DNA from: Gemmatimonadaceae bacterium
GTDB lineage: Bacteria > Gemmatimonadota > Gemmatimonadetes > Gemmatimonadales > Gemmatimonadaceae
DNA: 64,000 bases
NCBI GenBank assembly: GCA_040901985.1
Contig: JBBDYC010000019.1
Coordinates: forward strand, 158,403 to 222,402
Reading direction: 5' to 3'
How positions within the stretch are numbered: position 1 is the stretch's first letter; every line of letters begins with the position of its first letter. A model generated the notes under the pieces. It did no database searches, was not told the origin of the DNA, and was given only the letters and a program-made list of their open reading frames with translations. This document shows, in pieces, positions 52,286 to 64,000 of the stretch. A program made the translations under genes and the position numbers.

Positions 52286-53497
52286 ATGTCTGACCGTACC
52301 CCCGTCATTGTCTCCGCCGCCCGCACGCCGATCGGACGCTTCCTCGGCGGGCTCTCCTCGCTGAGCGCGCCCGACCTTGGCGCGCACGCCATCCGCGCCG
52401 CGGTCGCGCGCGCGAAGATCGATCCGGCGGCGATCGGCGAGGTGATCATGGGGCACGTGCTCCAGGGCGGCGTCGGGCAGGCGCCGGCGCGACAGGCGGC
52501 GATCAAGGCCGGCGTGCCGAACACCGTACCGGCCTACGCCGTGAACAAGGTCTGCGGCTCGGGCCTCCAGGCCGTGATGCTCGCCGCGCAGGCGATCCGC
52601 GCCGGAGACGAGCAGGTGCTCGTGGCCGGCGGGATGGAATCGATGTCCAACGCCCCGCATCTCGTGCGCGGGATGCGAAGCGGCGTCAAGTTCGGCGGCC
52701 AGACGATGGCCGACCTCCTGATCACCGACGGCCTCTGGTGCTCGTTCTACGATCGCCATATGGGCGGGCACGCCGAATACACGGCCCGGAAGGCGGGCAT
52801 CGGACGCGAGCGGCAGGATGCCTTCGCGCTCTCGTCGCACCGGAAGGCGGTCGCGGCAATCGAGGGTGGCCGGTTCAAGGCGGAGATTGCGCCGGTGGAG
52901 ATCGGAGGCAAGAAGGGCGCGACGGTCGTGGATACGGACGAGTCCCCGCGGAAGGACACGTCACTCGAGGCGCTGGCCAAGCTCAAGCCGGCCTTCCCGA
53001 AGGACGCGCCAACGGAGATGAAGCCCGAGGAGATGACTGTCACGGCGGGGAACGCCCCGGGTCTCAACGACGGCGCCGCAGCGCTGGTGGTCGCGTCCGA
53101 GGCGTACGCGAAGGCGCACGGGCTGCCGATCCTCGCCCGCATCACCGGCTATGCGTCGGGCGGCGGCGACCCGCAGGACCTCTTCTTTGCCCCGATTGTC
53201 GCCGTCCAGAACCTGATGAAGCGGACCGGGGCGGCGATCGGGGACTACGATCTGATCGAGGCGAACGAGGCGTTTGCCTCGCAGGCGCTGGCCGACGGCG
53301 ACGGACTCGGCTGGGACTGGGACCGCGTGAACGTGAATGGCGGGGCGATCGCGCTCGGCCATCCGATCGGGTCCAGCGGCGCCCGCATCCTGACGACGCT
53401 CTTGCACGCCTTGGCCGCGCACGGCAGGCGGACCGGCCTCGCCACGCTCTGCCTCGGCGGCGGCAACGCCGTTGCGCTGAGCGTCGAGCGGGTCTGA
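52286..53497 (+). CDS. Acetyl-CoA C-acetyltransferase (thiolase)
   Basis: NKVCGSG, NEAFA, NGGAIALGHPIG.SG, LCLGGG. Confidence 0.96.
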   Translation: MSDRTPVIVSAARTPIGRFLGGLSSLSAPDLGAHAIRAAVARAKIDPAAIGEVIMGHVLQGGVGQAPARQAAIKAGVPNTVPAYAVNKVCGSGLQAVMLAAQAIRAGDEQVLVAGGMESMSNAPHLVRGMRSGVKFGGQTMADLLITDGLWCSFYDRHMGGHAEYTARKAGIGRERQDAFALSSHRKAVAAIEGGRFKAEIAPVEIGGKKGATVVDTDESPRKDTSLEALAKLKPAFPKDAPTEMKPEEMTVTAGNAPGLNDGAAALVVASEAYAKAHGLPILARITGYASGGGDPQDLFFAPIVAVQNLMKRTGAAIGDYDLIEANEAFASQALADGDGLGWDWDRVNVNGGAIALGHPIGSSGARILTTLLHALAAHGRRTGLATLCLGGGNAVALSVERV

Positions 53498-53608
53498 CGG
53501 CGCAACCTCCGTCCGGCAGTTACTTTTCATCGATAGGTCGCACCCCTGCCACGAGTGGTGGTACCCGATGAACCGCGGCCCGCAGGCCGCCCCTCCCGAC
53601 GTCCCACA

Positions 53609-54472
53609 ATGAACGATCGTTTCGCCGTTGTCGGCGCCGGCCAGATGGGCAACGGCATTGCGCACGTGTGCGCGACGAGCGGCTTTGCGGTCACGCTGAT
53701 TGACGTGGCGGCCGACGCCCTCGCGACGGCCCGGGCGACGATCGAGCAGAACCTCGAGCGCCAGGTGAAGAAGGGCGCGCTGACGGCCGCCGCGCGCGAC
53801 GCCGCACTGGGCCGTCTCCGGACCACCACGGAGTTCGACGCCGTGGGCGAGGCGACGGTGATCGTCGAGGCGGCGACCGAACGGAAGGAATTGAAATTCC
53901 AGATCTTCCGCGACCTTGATCGCCTGGCGCACGCCGACGCGATTCTCGGGACCAACACGAGCTCGATCTCGATCACCGAGATCGCCGCCCAGACCACCCG
54001 CCCCGACCGCGTGATCGGGATGCACTTCATGAACCCGGTGCCGGTGATCGAACTCGTGGAGGTGATCCGTGGACTGGCCACCTCCGACGCCACGGCGGCA
54101 CGGGTCATCGCGCTCGCCAAGGCGCTCGGCAAGACACCGGTCGAGGCGAACGACTTCCCGGGATTCATCGCCAATCGGATCCTGATGCCGATGATCAACG
54201 AGGCCTGCTACGCTGTTATGGAAGGCGTGGGCACGCCGGAGGCGGTGGACCAGGTGATGACCCTCGGGACGCGCCATCCGATGGGTCCGCTCGCCCTGGC
54301 GGACCTGATCGGCCTCGACACCTGCGTGGCGATCCTCGACGTGCTGCAGGATGGGCTCGGCGACCCGAAGTACCGTCCCTGTCCGCTGCTCCGGAAGTAC
54401 GTCGCCGCCGGATGGATCGGCCGGAAGGCGGGGCGCGGTTTCTACACCTACCCACCCGCGCGGGCCCGATGA
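53609..54472 (+). CDS. hbd: 3-hydroxybutyryl-CoA dehydrogenase
   Basis: [41 protein letters not shown]. Confidence 0.93.
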   Translation: MNDRFAVVGAGQMGNGIAHVCATSGFAVTLIDVAADALATARATIEQNLERQVKKGALTAAARDAALGRLRTTTEFDAVGEATVIVEAATERKELKFQIFRDLDRLAHADAILGTNTSSISITEIAAQTTRPDRVIGMHFMNPVPVIELVEVIRGLATSDATAARVIALAKALGKTPVEANDFPGFIANRILMPMINEACYAVMEGVGTPEAVDQVMTLGTRHPMGPLALADLIGLDTCVAILDVLQDGLGDPKYRPCPLLRKYVAAGWIGRKAGRGFYTYPPARAR

Positions 54473-55632
54473 CCGACCTGAGAGTCCTGAGCGAGGAACA
54501 GACCGCGATCATCGAGACGGCGCGTCGCTTCGCCGCCGAGCACGTGCGGCCCTTCGCCGCGGCGTGGGACCGCGAGGCGCATTTCGAGCCGACCCTGGTC
54601 AAGCAGCTCGGGGACCTCGGCTTTCTCGGGATGATGCTGCCCCCGGAATACGACGGCCTCGGTCTCGAGACGCGCACCTACCTGATGGCCCTCGAGGAGA
54701 TCGCGGCCGCCGATGCGTCCACCGCGGTGATGATGTCGGTCCACAACTCCCTGCCGACGCAGATGCTCACCCTGCACGGGACCGAGGCGCAAAAGCGGGC
54801 GTTCCTCGCGCCGCTGGCCCGCGGCGAGTTGCTCGGGGCGTTCGCGCTCTCCGAGGCCGATGCCGGCTCCGACGCCTCGGCGATTCGCTGCCAGGCGGTC
54901 CGCGACGGCGACGACTGGGTCATCAGCGGCACCAAGGCGTGGATCACCAGCGGCACGCACGCCGGCGTGATCATCGCGATGGTGCGCACGGACACGCCGG
55001 ACGACCGCCGCCGGTCAAAGGGGATCTCGGCGTTCATCCTGACGCCCGACCTTCCGGGCTTCCAGCTCGGGAAGCGGGAGGACAAGATGGGCCTCCGCGC
55101 CTCGCCCACCGTGCACTTGAGCTTCGACGGGATGCGGGTCCCGGCCGACCGGATGCTGGGCGAGGAGGGGATGGGCTTCATCTACGCGATGCGGTCGCTG
55201 GAGCACGGGCGACTCGGCATCGCCGCGCAGGCGATCGGCATCGCGCGCGCCGCCTTCGAGGCGTCGGCGGCGTACGCGAACGAGCGCCGGCAGTTCGGCC
55301 GGCCGATTGCCGAGTTCCAGGGCGTCCAATTCAAGCTGGCCGACATGGCGACGCGGATCGCCGCCGCCCGCGCACTGCTCCACGCCACCGCGGCGGCGAA
55401 GGACCGCGGCGCCTCGGTCGCCGCCGAGGTCTCGATGAGCAAGCTCTTCGCCAGCGAGACCGCGATGTGGGTCACGACCAACGCCATCCAGATCTTCGGC
55501 GGCTATGGCTACGTGAAGGAGTATCCGGTGGAGCGCTACTTCCGTGACGCCAAGGCCACGGAGATCTACGAAGGGACGTCGGAAGTGCAGCGGATCGTGA
55601 TTGGCCGCGCCGTCTCGGCGCGGCAGGGGTGA
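54469..55632 (+). CDS. Short/branched-chain acyl-CoA dehydrogenase
   Basis: [48 protein letters not shown]. Confidence 0.95.
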   Translation: MTDLRVLSEEQTAIIETARRFAAEHVRPFAAAWDREAHFEPTLVKQLGDLGFLGMMLPPEYDGLGLETRTYLMALEEIAAADASTAVMMSVHNSLPTQMLTLHGTEAQKRAFLAPLARGELLGAFALSEADAGSDASAIRCQAVRDGDDWVISGTKAWITSGTHAGVIIAMVRTDTPDDRRRSKGISAFILTPDLPGFQLGKREDKMGLRASPTVHLSFDGMRVPADRMLGEEGMGFIYAMRSLEHGRLGIAAQAIGIARAAFEASAAYANERRQFGRPIAEFQGVQFKLADMATRIAAARALLHATAAAKDRGASVAAEVSMSKLFASETAMWVTTNAIQIFGGYGYVKEYPVERYFRDAKATEIYEGTSEVQRIVIGRAVSARQG

Positions 55633-55693
55633 GAGGAGCGCGATCCGGCGTGACCTCGCATCTGCCAGTTCCCATCTCCCATCTTTATTTCCC

Positions 55694-56770
55694 ATGAAGT
55701 TATTCGAGACGATCGCCGACCTCGGGCACGAGCAACTCGTCCTTTGCAGCGACGAGAGCGCGGGCTACCGCGGGATCATCGCGATCCACGACACCACGCT
55801 CGGGCCGGCGCTGGGCGGGACGCGCTTCTGGAACTACGCGTCGGATGAGGAGGCGATCACCGACGCGCTGCGGCTCGCGCGCGGGATGACCTACAAGAAC
55901 GCCGTCGCCGGCCTCAACCTCGGGGGCGGCAAGGCCGTCATCATCGGCGACAACCGCACCACCAGCCGCGAGATGATCTTCCGCGCGCACGGGCGGTTCG
56001 TCGAGACGCTCGGCGGGCGCTACGTGACGGCGGAGGACGTCGGCACGAGCACCGCCGACATGGATTTCGTGCATATGGAGACCGACTTCGTGGCGGGGCT
56101 GGCCAACAAGTCCGGCGACCCGTCGCCGGTGACCGCCCACGGGGTCTTCCGCGCGATCGAGGCGTCGGCCAAGTGGCGCTGGGGGTCGCCATCGCTCGGC
56201 GGCAAGACCGTCACCGTGCAGGGACTCGGCAATGTCGGCACCTACCTCTGCCGTGAGCTTCACGCGGCGGGAGCCAGGCTTGTCGTCAGCGACATCCGCC
56301 CCGAGCGCGTGAAGGGCGTGGTGGACGAGACCGGCGCCAAAGCCGTCAACGGCGACGCGATCTACGCCGCCAAGGCGGATCTCTTCGCGCCCTGCGCCCT
56401 CGGGGCGATTCTCAACGACGAGACGATCCCAATGTTGAACGTCGAGGTCGTCTGCGGCGGCGCCAACAATCAACTGCTCGAGCCCGCTGCGCACGGCGAG
56501 GCGCTCGAGCGGCGCGGCATCCTCTATGCGCCCGACTTCGTGGCCAACGCCGGAGGCGTGATCAACGTCTACGGCGAGCTCGCTGGCTGGTCGCGCGAGC
56601 GCGCCCTTCGCAAGGCCGACGAGATCTTCGACACCGTCCTCGGCGTGTATCGGATCGCCAAGGACGACGGCGTGTTCTCGTATCTCGCCGCCGACAAGCT
56701 TGCCGAGCGCCGGATTGCCTCGGTGCACGGACTGATGCGCACCCGGCCGCAATGGCCGCGGAAGCCCTGA
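55694..56770 (+). CDS. Leu/Phe/Val dehydrogenase
   Basis: IHDTTLGPALGGTR, GMTYK, GGGKAV, TAEDVG, GLGNVG, PCALG, NAGGVI. Confidence 0.93.
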   Translation: MKLFETIADLGHEQLVLCSDESAGYRGIIAIHDTTLGPALGGTRFWNYASDEEAITDALRLARGMTYKNAVAGLNLGGGKAVIIGDNRTTSREMIFRAHGRFVETLGGRYVTAEDVGTSTADMDFVHMETDFVAGLANKSGDPSPVTAHGVFRAIEASAKWRWGSPSLGGKTVTVQGLGNVGTYLCRELHAAGARLVVSDIRPERVKGVVDETGAKAVNGDAIYAAKADLFAPCALGAILNDETIPMLNVEVVCGGANNQLLEPAAHGEALERRGILYAPDFVANAGGVINVYGELAGWSRERALRKADEIFDTVLGVYRIAKDDGVFSYLAADKLAERRIASVHGLMRTRPQWPRKP

Positions 56771-56772
56771 CG

Positions 56773-57255
56773 ATGGCCAAGGCCGAGCGCATCCCGATCG
56801 CGTCGGACCACGCGGGGTTCGAGCTCAAGGAGCGCCTGAGCGCGACGCTCCGCGAGCTGGGCTACGAGGTGGACGACCTGGGGACGCACTCGGCATCGTC
56901 CACCGACTATCCCGACTTCGCCCATCCGCTCGCCGCCCAAGTGGAGCGGGGCGAGGCGGCGCGCGGGGTGTTGCTCTGCGGCACCGGACTCGGGATGGCT
57001 TATGCGGCGAATCGGCATACGGGGGTGCGCGCCGCCGTGGCGTGGACGCCGGAGATCGCCGAACTCGCGCGGAAGCACAACAATGCGAACGTCCTGGTGC
57101 TGCCGGCACGCTTCGTGAGCGAGGAGGACGGGGTGCAGATTCTCAAGACCTGGCTGGAGACGGAGTATGAGGGCGGTCGCCACGAGCGGCGGATCGCCAA
57201 GATCGAGCCCTCGTCGAGCGACGCGACCGGCGCCGGGCCGGCGGAGGGACGATGA
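56773..57255 (+). CDS. rpiB: Ribose-5-phosphate isomerase B
   Basis: SDHAG..LK, DYPD, CGTG.GM, HNNAN, GGRH.RR. Confidence 0.95.
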   Translation: MAKAERIPIASDHAGFELKERLSATLRELGYEVDDLGTHSASSTDYPDFAHPLAAQVERGEAARGVLLCGTGLGMAYAANRHTGVRAAVAWTPEIAELARKHNNANVLVLPARFVSEEDGVQILKTWLETEYEGGRHERRIAKIEPSSSDATGAGPAEGR

Positions 57256-58529
57256 AGCCCGGCTGGCAGCACTGGGACCGTCGGCTGCCCGGCGCCGCGC
57301 TGCTCGGCACCGACCCGGAGATCGCCGCGCTGATTGCCGAGGAGACGACGCGGCAGAGCAACGGGCTCGAGCTGATCGCGAGCGAGAACTTCGTCTCGCC
57401 AGCCGTCCTCGAGGCGATGGGATCGTCGCTCACCAACAAGTACGCCGAGGGCCTGCCGGGGAAGCGCTACTACGGGGGCTGCGAGGTGGTGGACAAGGTC
57501 GAGCAGCTGGCCATTGACCGCGCCAAGGCGCTCTTCGGCGCCGACCACGCGAACGTGCAGCCGCACTCAGGGGCCACGGCCAACGCGGCGGTCTACCTCG
57601 CCTTCCTCAGGCCGGGCGACACGGTGCTCGGGCTCGACCTCTCGCACGGCGGACACCTCACGCACGGCTCGCCGGTGAACTTCTCCGGGCTCACCTACCG
57701 CGCCGTGCACTACGGGGTGGACGACAACGGGCTGATTGACTACGCGGCGATGCGCGCGATCGCGCGGAAGGAGCGGCCGAAGCTGATCATCGCCGGCTAC
57801 AGCGCGTACTCGCGCGTGCTCGACTACCGGCAGTTCGCCGACGCCGCCAAGGAGGTCGGGGCGATCTTCCTGGTGGATATGGCACACTTCGCCGGGCTCG
57901 CGGCGACCGGCGTCTATCCGAGTCCGGTCCCGTTTGCCGACGTCGTGACGACGACCACGCACAAGACGCTGCGCGGTCCGCGCGGCGGCCTCATCCTCTG
58001 CAAGGCCGAACACGCCAAGACGATTGACAAGGCGATGTTCCCCGGCACGCAGGGTGGACCGCTGGAGCACGTGATCGCCGCCAAGGCGGTGGCGTTCAAG
58101 GAGGCGCTCGACCCCGCCTTCGCCATCTACTGCCGTCAGGTGGTGGCGAACGCCAAGACGCTCGCCGAGGCGCTGATGTCGCGCGGGGTGAAGATCGTCT
58201 CCGGCGGCACTGACAACCACCTGATGCTCGCCGACCTCCGCTCGCGGAGCACCGAGCTCACCGGGAAGGTGGCCGAGGAGGCGCTCGACCGCGCGGCGAT
58301 CACGGTCAACAAGAACACCGTGCCGCGCGAGACGCAGTCGCCCTTCGTGACGAGCGGGATTCGCATCGGCACGCCGGCGGTGACGACGCGCGGGATGCGC
58401 GAACCGGAGATGGCGCAGATCGCCGGGCTGATTGACCGGGTCCTCGCCGCGCCGACGGATGCGGCGGTGGCGGCCGCCGTGAAGGCCGAGGTGCGGGAGA
58501 TGGCGGACGCCTTTCCGTTGTACCTTTAG
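57252..58529 (+). CDS. glyA: Serine hydroxymethyltransferase
   Basis: [40 protein letters not shown]. Confidence 0.98.
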   Translation: MKPGWQHWDRRLPGAALLGTDPEIAALIAEETTRQSNGLELIASENFVSPAVLEAMGSSLTNKYAEGLPGKRYYGGCEVVDKVEQLAIDRAKALFGADHANVQPHSGATANAAVYLAFLRPGDTVLGLDLSHGGHLTHGSPVNFSGLTYRAVHYGVDDNGLIDYAAMRAIARKERPKLIIAGYSAYSRVLDYRQFADAAKEVGAIFLVDMAHFAGLAATGVYPSPVPFADVVTTTTHKTLRGPRGGLILCKAEHAKTIDKAMFPGTQGGPLEHVIAAKAVAFKEALDPAFAIYCRQVVANAKTLAEALMSRGVKIVSGGTDNHLMLADLRSRSTELTGKVAEEALDRAAITVNKNTVPRETQSPFVTSGIRIGTPAVTTRGMREPEMAQIAGLIDRVLAAPTDAAVAAAVKAEVREMADAFPLYL

Positions 58530-58532
58530 CCG

Positions 58533-58919
58533 ATGCCAGAGCTCGCCTTTCGCGATGGGGTGATGGACCGGATCCGGCTGCGCGACCCGCGCTACGACGA
58601 GCGGGCGTATCTCTTCGTGCTCGCGGCGCTCGAGTTCCGCCAGCAGCAGCTGCCCGAGCGGCGACACCTCAGCGGACGTGAGCTCGCCGTGGGCTGTCGC
58701 GACCTCGCCCTCCATCGCTACGGCGTGCTGGCGCGCACGGTGCTGGAGCATTGGGGGCTACGCGAATCCTCCGACCTCGGCGAGATCGTCTTCACGCTCG
58801 TGGATCTCGGACTCCTGATGCGCCAGCCGCAGGACACCAAGGACAACTTCGTGGACGTCTTCGACTTCCACGCGTCGTTCGATCGGGACTACCCGTGGAA
58901 CCCGGCCGCGGCGGTCTGA
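58533..58919 (+). CDS. Minf_1886-like conserved protein
   Basis: D.RY...AY.FV..AL, H.SG.EL, YG.LA..VL.HWG.....D.GEIVF.LV..G, F..VFDF. Confidence 0.75.
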   Translation: MPELAFRDGVMDRIRLRDPRYDERAYLFVLAALEFRQQQLPERRHLSGRELAVGCRDLALHRYGVLARTVLEHWGLRESSDLGEIVFTLVDLGLLMRQPQDTKDNFVDVFDFHASFDRDYPWNPAAAV

Positions 58920-58929
58920 GGCGCGTGCG

Positions 58930-60489
58930 GTGCCTGCGGCGCGCGGCCACACGGTGACCGCGCGCGTCGTCACGGCGGCACAGTCGGCGGCGCGCGAGGC
59001 CGCGGCAATCGCCGCGGGGACCGATGCCTTTGCGCTGATGCGCGCGGCCGGCGAGGCGACCGCCCAACTGATCTTGAAGCGCTTCCCCGATGTGCGGGTC
59101 CTCGGCGCCGTGGTCCACGCCGGCACCGGCAATAACGGCGGTGACGCGTGGGTGGTCGCCGGCGCGCTCGCCCGCGCCGGATGTCCGGTCGCCGTCGCCG
59201 CAGTCGCGCCCCCGGTGGCGGCGCTGGCGAAGCGCGCCCACGAGGAGGCCGCCGATGCGATCGCCGCCGTCAGCGACCCGAAACATCCCGTGGTCGTGGT
59301 GGACGGGCTGCTCGGCACCGGCACCGAGGGCGAGGTGAAGGAGGCGATCGCCGAGCGCATCCGGCAGATCGCCGCGTCGCGGGTCGCTGGCGCCACGATC
59401 GTGTCGCTCGACCTGACGAGCGGCCTCGACGCGACCACCGGCGCCGGCGACACCGTCGTCCGTGCGCACCTGACCTGCGCGTACGGCACCGTCAAGCGCG
59501 GCACGCTGCTCCGCCGGGACGAGGCCGGCGAGATCGTCTGTCTCGATATCGGCCTGGGGCTGCACGCCGACGCGGCCGACGGCGCGCCGGGCCTCGTGGA
59601 CGCGTCCTGGGTGCGCGCGTCGGTGCCGCCGATCCCCGCTGACGCGCACAAGGGCGTGCGTCGGCGCCTCGCCATCGTCGGCGGCGGCGAGGGGATGGCC
59701 GGCGCCCCGATGCTCGCCGCGCGGGGCGCGATGCGCAGCGGGATCGGGATGGTGCACCTCCTCGTCGCGCCGACGAACGTGCCGGTCGTGCAGGCGTCGC
59801 TCCCCGAGACGATGGCCTCGCGCTGGCCGGTGACGGCCGAGGACCAATTGCGCGTGTTGGGCTGGGCGCACGCGTTGCTTCTCGGGCCGGGACTCGGGCG
59901 CACGACGATGACCCGGGCGCTCGTCGAGCGGCTGCTCGTCCAATGGCAGGGGCCGGTGGTCATTGATGCCGATGCGCTGAACGTGTTCGAGGGCGAGCCG
60001 CGCACGCTCGGCGCGCTGATTGGCAAGCGGCCGGCGGTGGTGACGCCGCACCCGATCGAGGCGGCGCGGCTCGTCGGCCGGGAGCCCGCCGACGTGCTGG
60101 CCGAGCGGTTCGAGATCGGCGTCGAGCTGGCTCGTCAGGTCGGCGCGACGGTCTTGCTCAAGGGTACGCCGAGCGTGATCAGCGCGTCGGACGGCCGGGT
60201 GATGGTAAGCGCGGCCGGGGCGCCGACGCTTGGAGTGGCGGGGAGCGGTGACGTCCTCGCGGGGATTGTCTCGACGCTGCTCACGCAGACCGGCGACCCG
60301 TTCGTGGCCGCCACTTGCGGTGCGTGGATCCACGGACGGGCCGGCGAGCACGCCGCCGCCGTCGGCTCCGTCCGCGGCAGTTCGCTCGAGGACGTGGTGG
60401 TCGCGTTGCGCGACGTCTGGGCGCTGACCGATCCCGTGCCCGAGCCACCGATCCTCGCGGTGTTGCCGGCGGTCGGACAACGGCGGTGA
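58930..60489 (+). CDS. nnr: Bifunctional NAD(P)HX epimerase/dehydratase
   Basis: G.GNNGGD, D.L.GTG, HKG, GPGLG, DADAL, TPH..E, G.GDVLAG. Confidence 0.92.
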   Translation: MPAARGHTVTARVVTAAQSAAREAAAIAAGTDAFALMRAAGEATAQLILKRFPDVRVLGAVVHAGTGNNGGDAWVVAGALARAGCPVAVAAVAPPVAALAKRAHEEAADAIAAVSDPKHPVVVVDGLLGTGTEGEVKEAIAERIRQIAASRVAGATIVSLDLTSGLDATTGAGDTVVRAHLTCAYGTVKRGTLLRRDEAGEIVCLDIGLGLHADAADGAPGLVDASWVRASVPPIPADAHKGVRRRLAIVGGGEGMAGAPMLAARGAMRSGIGMVHLLVAPTNVPVVQASLPETMASRWPVTAEDQLRVLGWAHALLLGPGLGRTTMTRALVERLLVQWQGPVVIDADALNVFEGEPRTLGALIGKRPAVVTPHPIEAARLVGREPADVLAERFEIGVELARQVGATVLLKGTPSVISASDGRVMVSAAGAPTLGVAGSGDVLAGIVSTLLTQTGDPFVAATCGAWIHGRAGEHAAAVGSVRGSSLEDVVVALRDVWALTDPVPEPPILAVLPAVGQRR

Positions 60490-61432
60490 GCCGGCACCTG
60501 GCGATGGGTCCCGGCGCCGAGTTCGATGCGGTGCGGGCCCTCCTCGCACAGTGGGGACCGGCGGCCGTCGGCGTGGGCGACGACGGTGCGGTGCTCGACG
60601 TGCCGCCGGGGTCGCGCCTGGTCGTGAGCACCGACAGTACGGTCGAAGGCATCCACTTCCGGCGTCCCTGGCTCACGCCGGCCGAGGTCGGCTGGCGGGC
60701 GACACAGGCGGCGTTGAGCGATCTCGCGGCGATGGGCGCCGCGCCACTCGGCGTGCTGCTGGCGCTGACGGTGCCGGCCGACTGGCGCGGGGCGTTGGGC
60801 GAACTCGCCGAGGGTATCGGGGCGGCGGCCAACGCCGCGGGCGCGCCGATTGTCGGCGGCGACGTGGTGGATGGCGACCGCCTGGCGCTGGCCATCACGG
60901 CGCTCGGACACACGGCGCGGCCGCTCTCGCGCGCCGGCGCCAGCCCCGGCGATACGCTCTTCGTCACTGGGTCGCTCGGCGGACCGGGCGCGGCGCTCGC
61001 GGCCTGGGAACGGGGCGACGTACCGGCCGCCGCCGCGCGTGACCGCTTCGCACGACCGATTGCCCGGCTCGGGGCGGGGGCGTGGCTGGCGGCCCACGGC
61101 GCCAGCGCGGCGATTGACCTCTCGGACGGTCTGGCTGGTGATGCCGGGCACCTCGCCGCGGCGAGCGGCGTGCGCTGCGTGCTGACGCTCGACACCGTGC
61201 CGTGCCACGAGGGCGTCAACGTCGCTGACGCCCTGATGAGCGGCGAGGAGTACGAGCTGCTCGTCGCCGCCCCAGCGCTCGACGGGCGCGCCTTTGCACA
61301 GGCGAACGCCGGGCTCACGCTCACGCCGATTGGCCGCGTCGAGGCGGCGACCGGGAAGGCCGGCGAAGTGGTCGCTGAGCGCGATGGCCGCCCTGCGCCG
61401 CTCCCGGCGGTGCACGACCACTTCGCCGGCCG

Positions 61433-61436
<4 letters not shown>
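60486..61436 (+). CDS. thiL: Thiamine-monophosphate kinase
   Basis: GVGDD.AV, STD..VEG.HF, LSDLAAMGA, IVGGD, IDLSDGL, GEEYEL. Confidence 0.94.
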
Positions 61437-63518
<2,082 letters not shown>

Positions 63519-63527
63519 GGCCGCGCG

Positions 63528-63884
63528 ATGGCAAGGCGGGGGCGCTCGAGCGAGACGGGACGTAAGGTGCCCTTGACGACCCAACAGATCGTCGGGCGTG
63601 TGATTCTCGCGGCAATCGGCCTCAGTGTCATCGTCTTTGCCATCGAGGGCGGCGAGTACGGGACGACCGACCTGCTGCGCCAGCGCGACGCCATCGCGCA
63701 CGAGAGGGCGGTCGTGGATTCCCTCGTCCGTCGGGTGGCTGAGTTGGAGGCGTACAAGGCGGCCGTGGAGTCCGACCCCCTGACGCAGGAACGGATCGCG
63801 CGCGAGGAGTTCGGGATGGTGAAGGGGTCGCGCGAAGTGCTCTACCGGTTTGCCGAGCCGGCCGACTCCATACGCCGGCGCTAG
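63528..63884 (+). CDS. ftsB: Septum formation initiator FtsB/DivIC
   Basis: TM + coiled coil + ERIAREE.GM; conserved position after eno. Confidence 0.82.
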   Translation: MARRGRSSETGRKVPLTTQQIVGRVILAAIGLSVIVFAIEGGEYGTTDLLRQRDAIAHERAVVDSLVRRVAELEAYKAAVESDPLTQERIAREEFGMVKGSREVLYRFAEPADSIRRR

Positions 63885-63908
63885 GGCGTCAAGGACCGCA
63901 TCGCCGCC

Positions 63909-63936
63909 TTGACTGGGGCGCCGCGACGCCTATCTT
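63909..63936 (+). promoter_or_regulatory. Sigma70 promoter of tRNA-fMet
   Basis: TTGACT-16 nt-TATCTT ending 12 nt before the tRNA. Confidence 0.65.
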
Positions 63937-63948
63937 TCAGCTCAATGA

Positions 63949-64000
<52 letters not shown>

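Overview
High-GC bacterial chromosome segment. Gene content and style suggest Gemmatimonadota (inference). It is mostly housekeeping operons: rsfS(partial)-rplI-DUF2232-rpsR-rpsF; ychF/hppA/pth/rplY/prs; ispE; pdxJ; a trxA-rsmI-DUF4159-DinG operon; gltX; purNH; valS; and a long thrS-thiolase-hbd-ACAD-Leu dehydrogenase-rpiB-glyA-nnr-thiL-plsC-eno-ftsB run. There are four tRNA genes (Gln, two Ser, partial fMet). The most striking accessory feature is a 630-bp transposase-free cassette (4720-5349) between hppA and ychF. It carries one antisense four-helix-bundle (23S-IVP/Avd-like) gene bracketed by inverted tandem heptamer arrays, (TCAGGTR)n and (CCTGACA)n, and by a 5-bp direct repeat CAGTT. Removing it restores a 14-nt hppA-ychF spacer, and the arrays pair best on the host-mRNA strand. 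Other notable items: an inverted rmlABDC cassette abutting tRNA-Gln; a tsdA-soxCD-yeeE-yeeE-arsR sulfur islet between two tRNA-Ser genes; a LexA-like protein lacking both catalytic residues; two His-less Hpt proteins; a JAB-DinG fusion; and exported proteins rich in D-S/T sequons in the same gene run as a DUF2723 (TMEM260-like) glycosyltransferase. All calls come from manual motif recognition; no searches were run.
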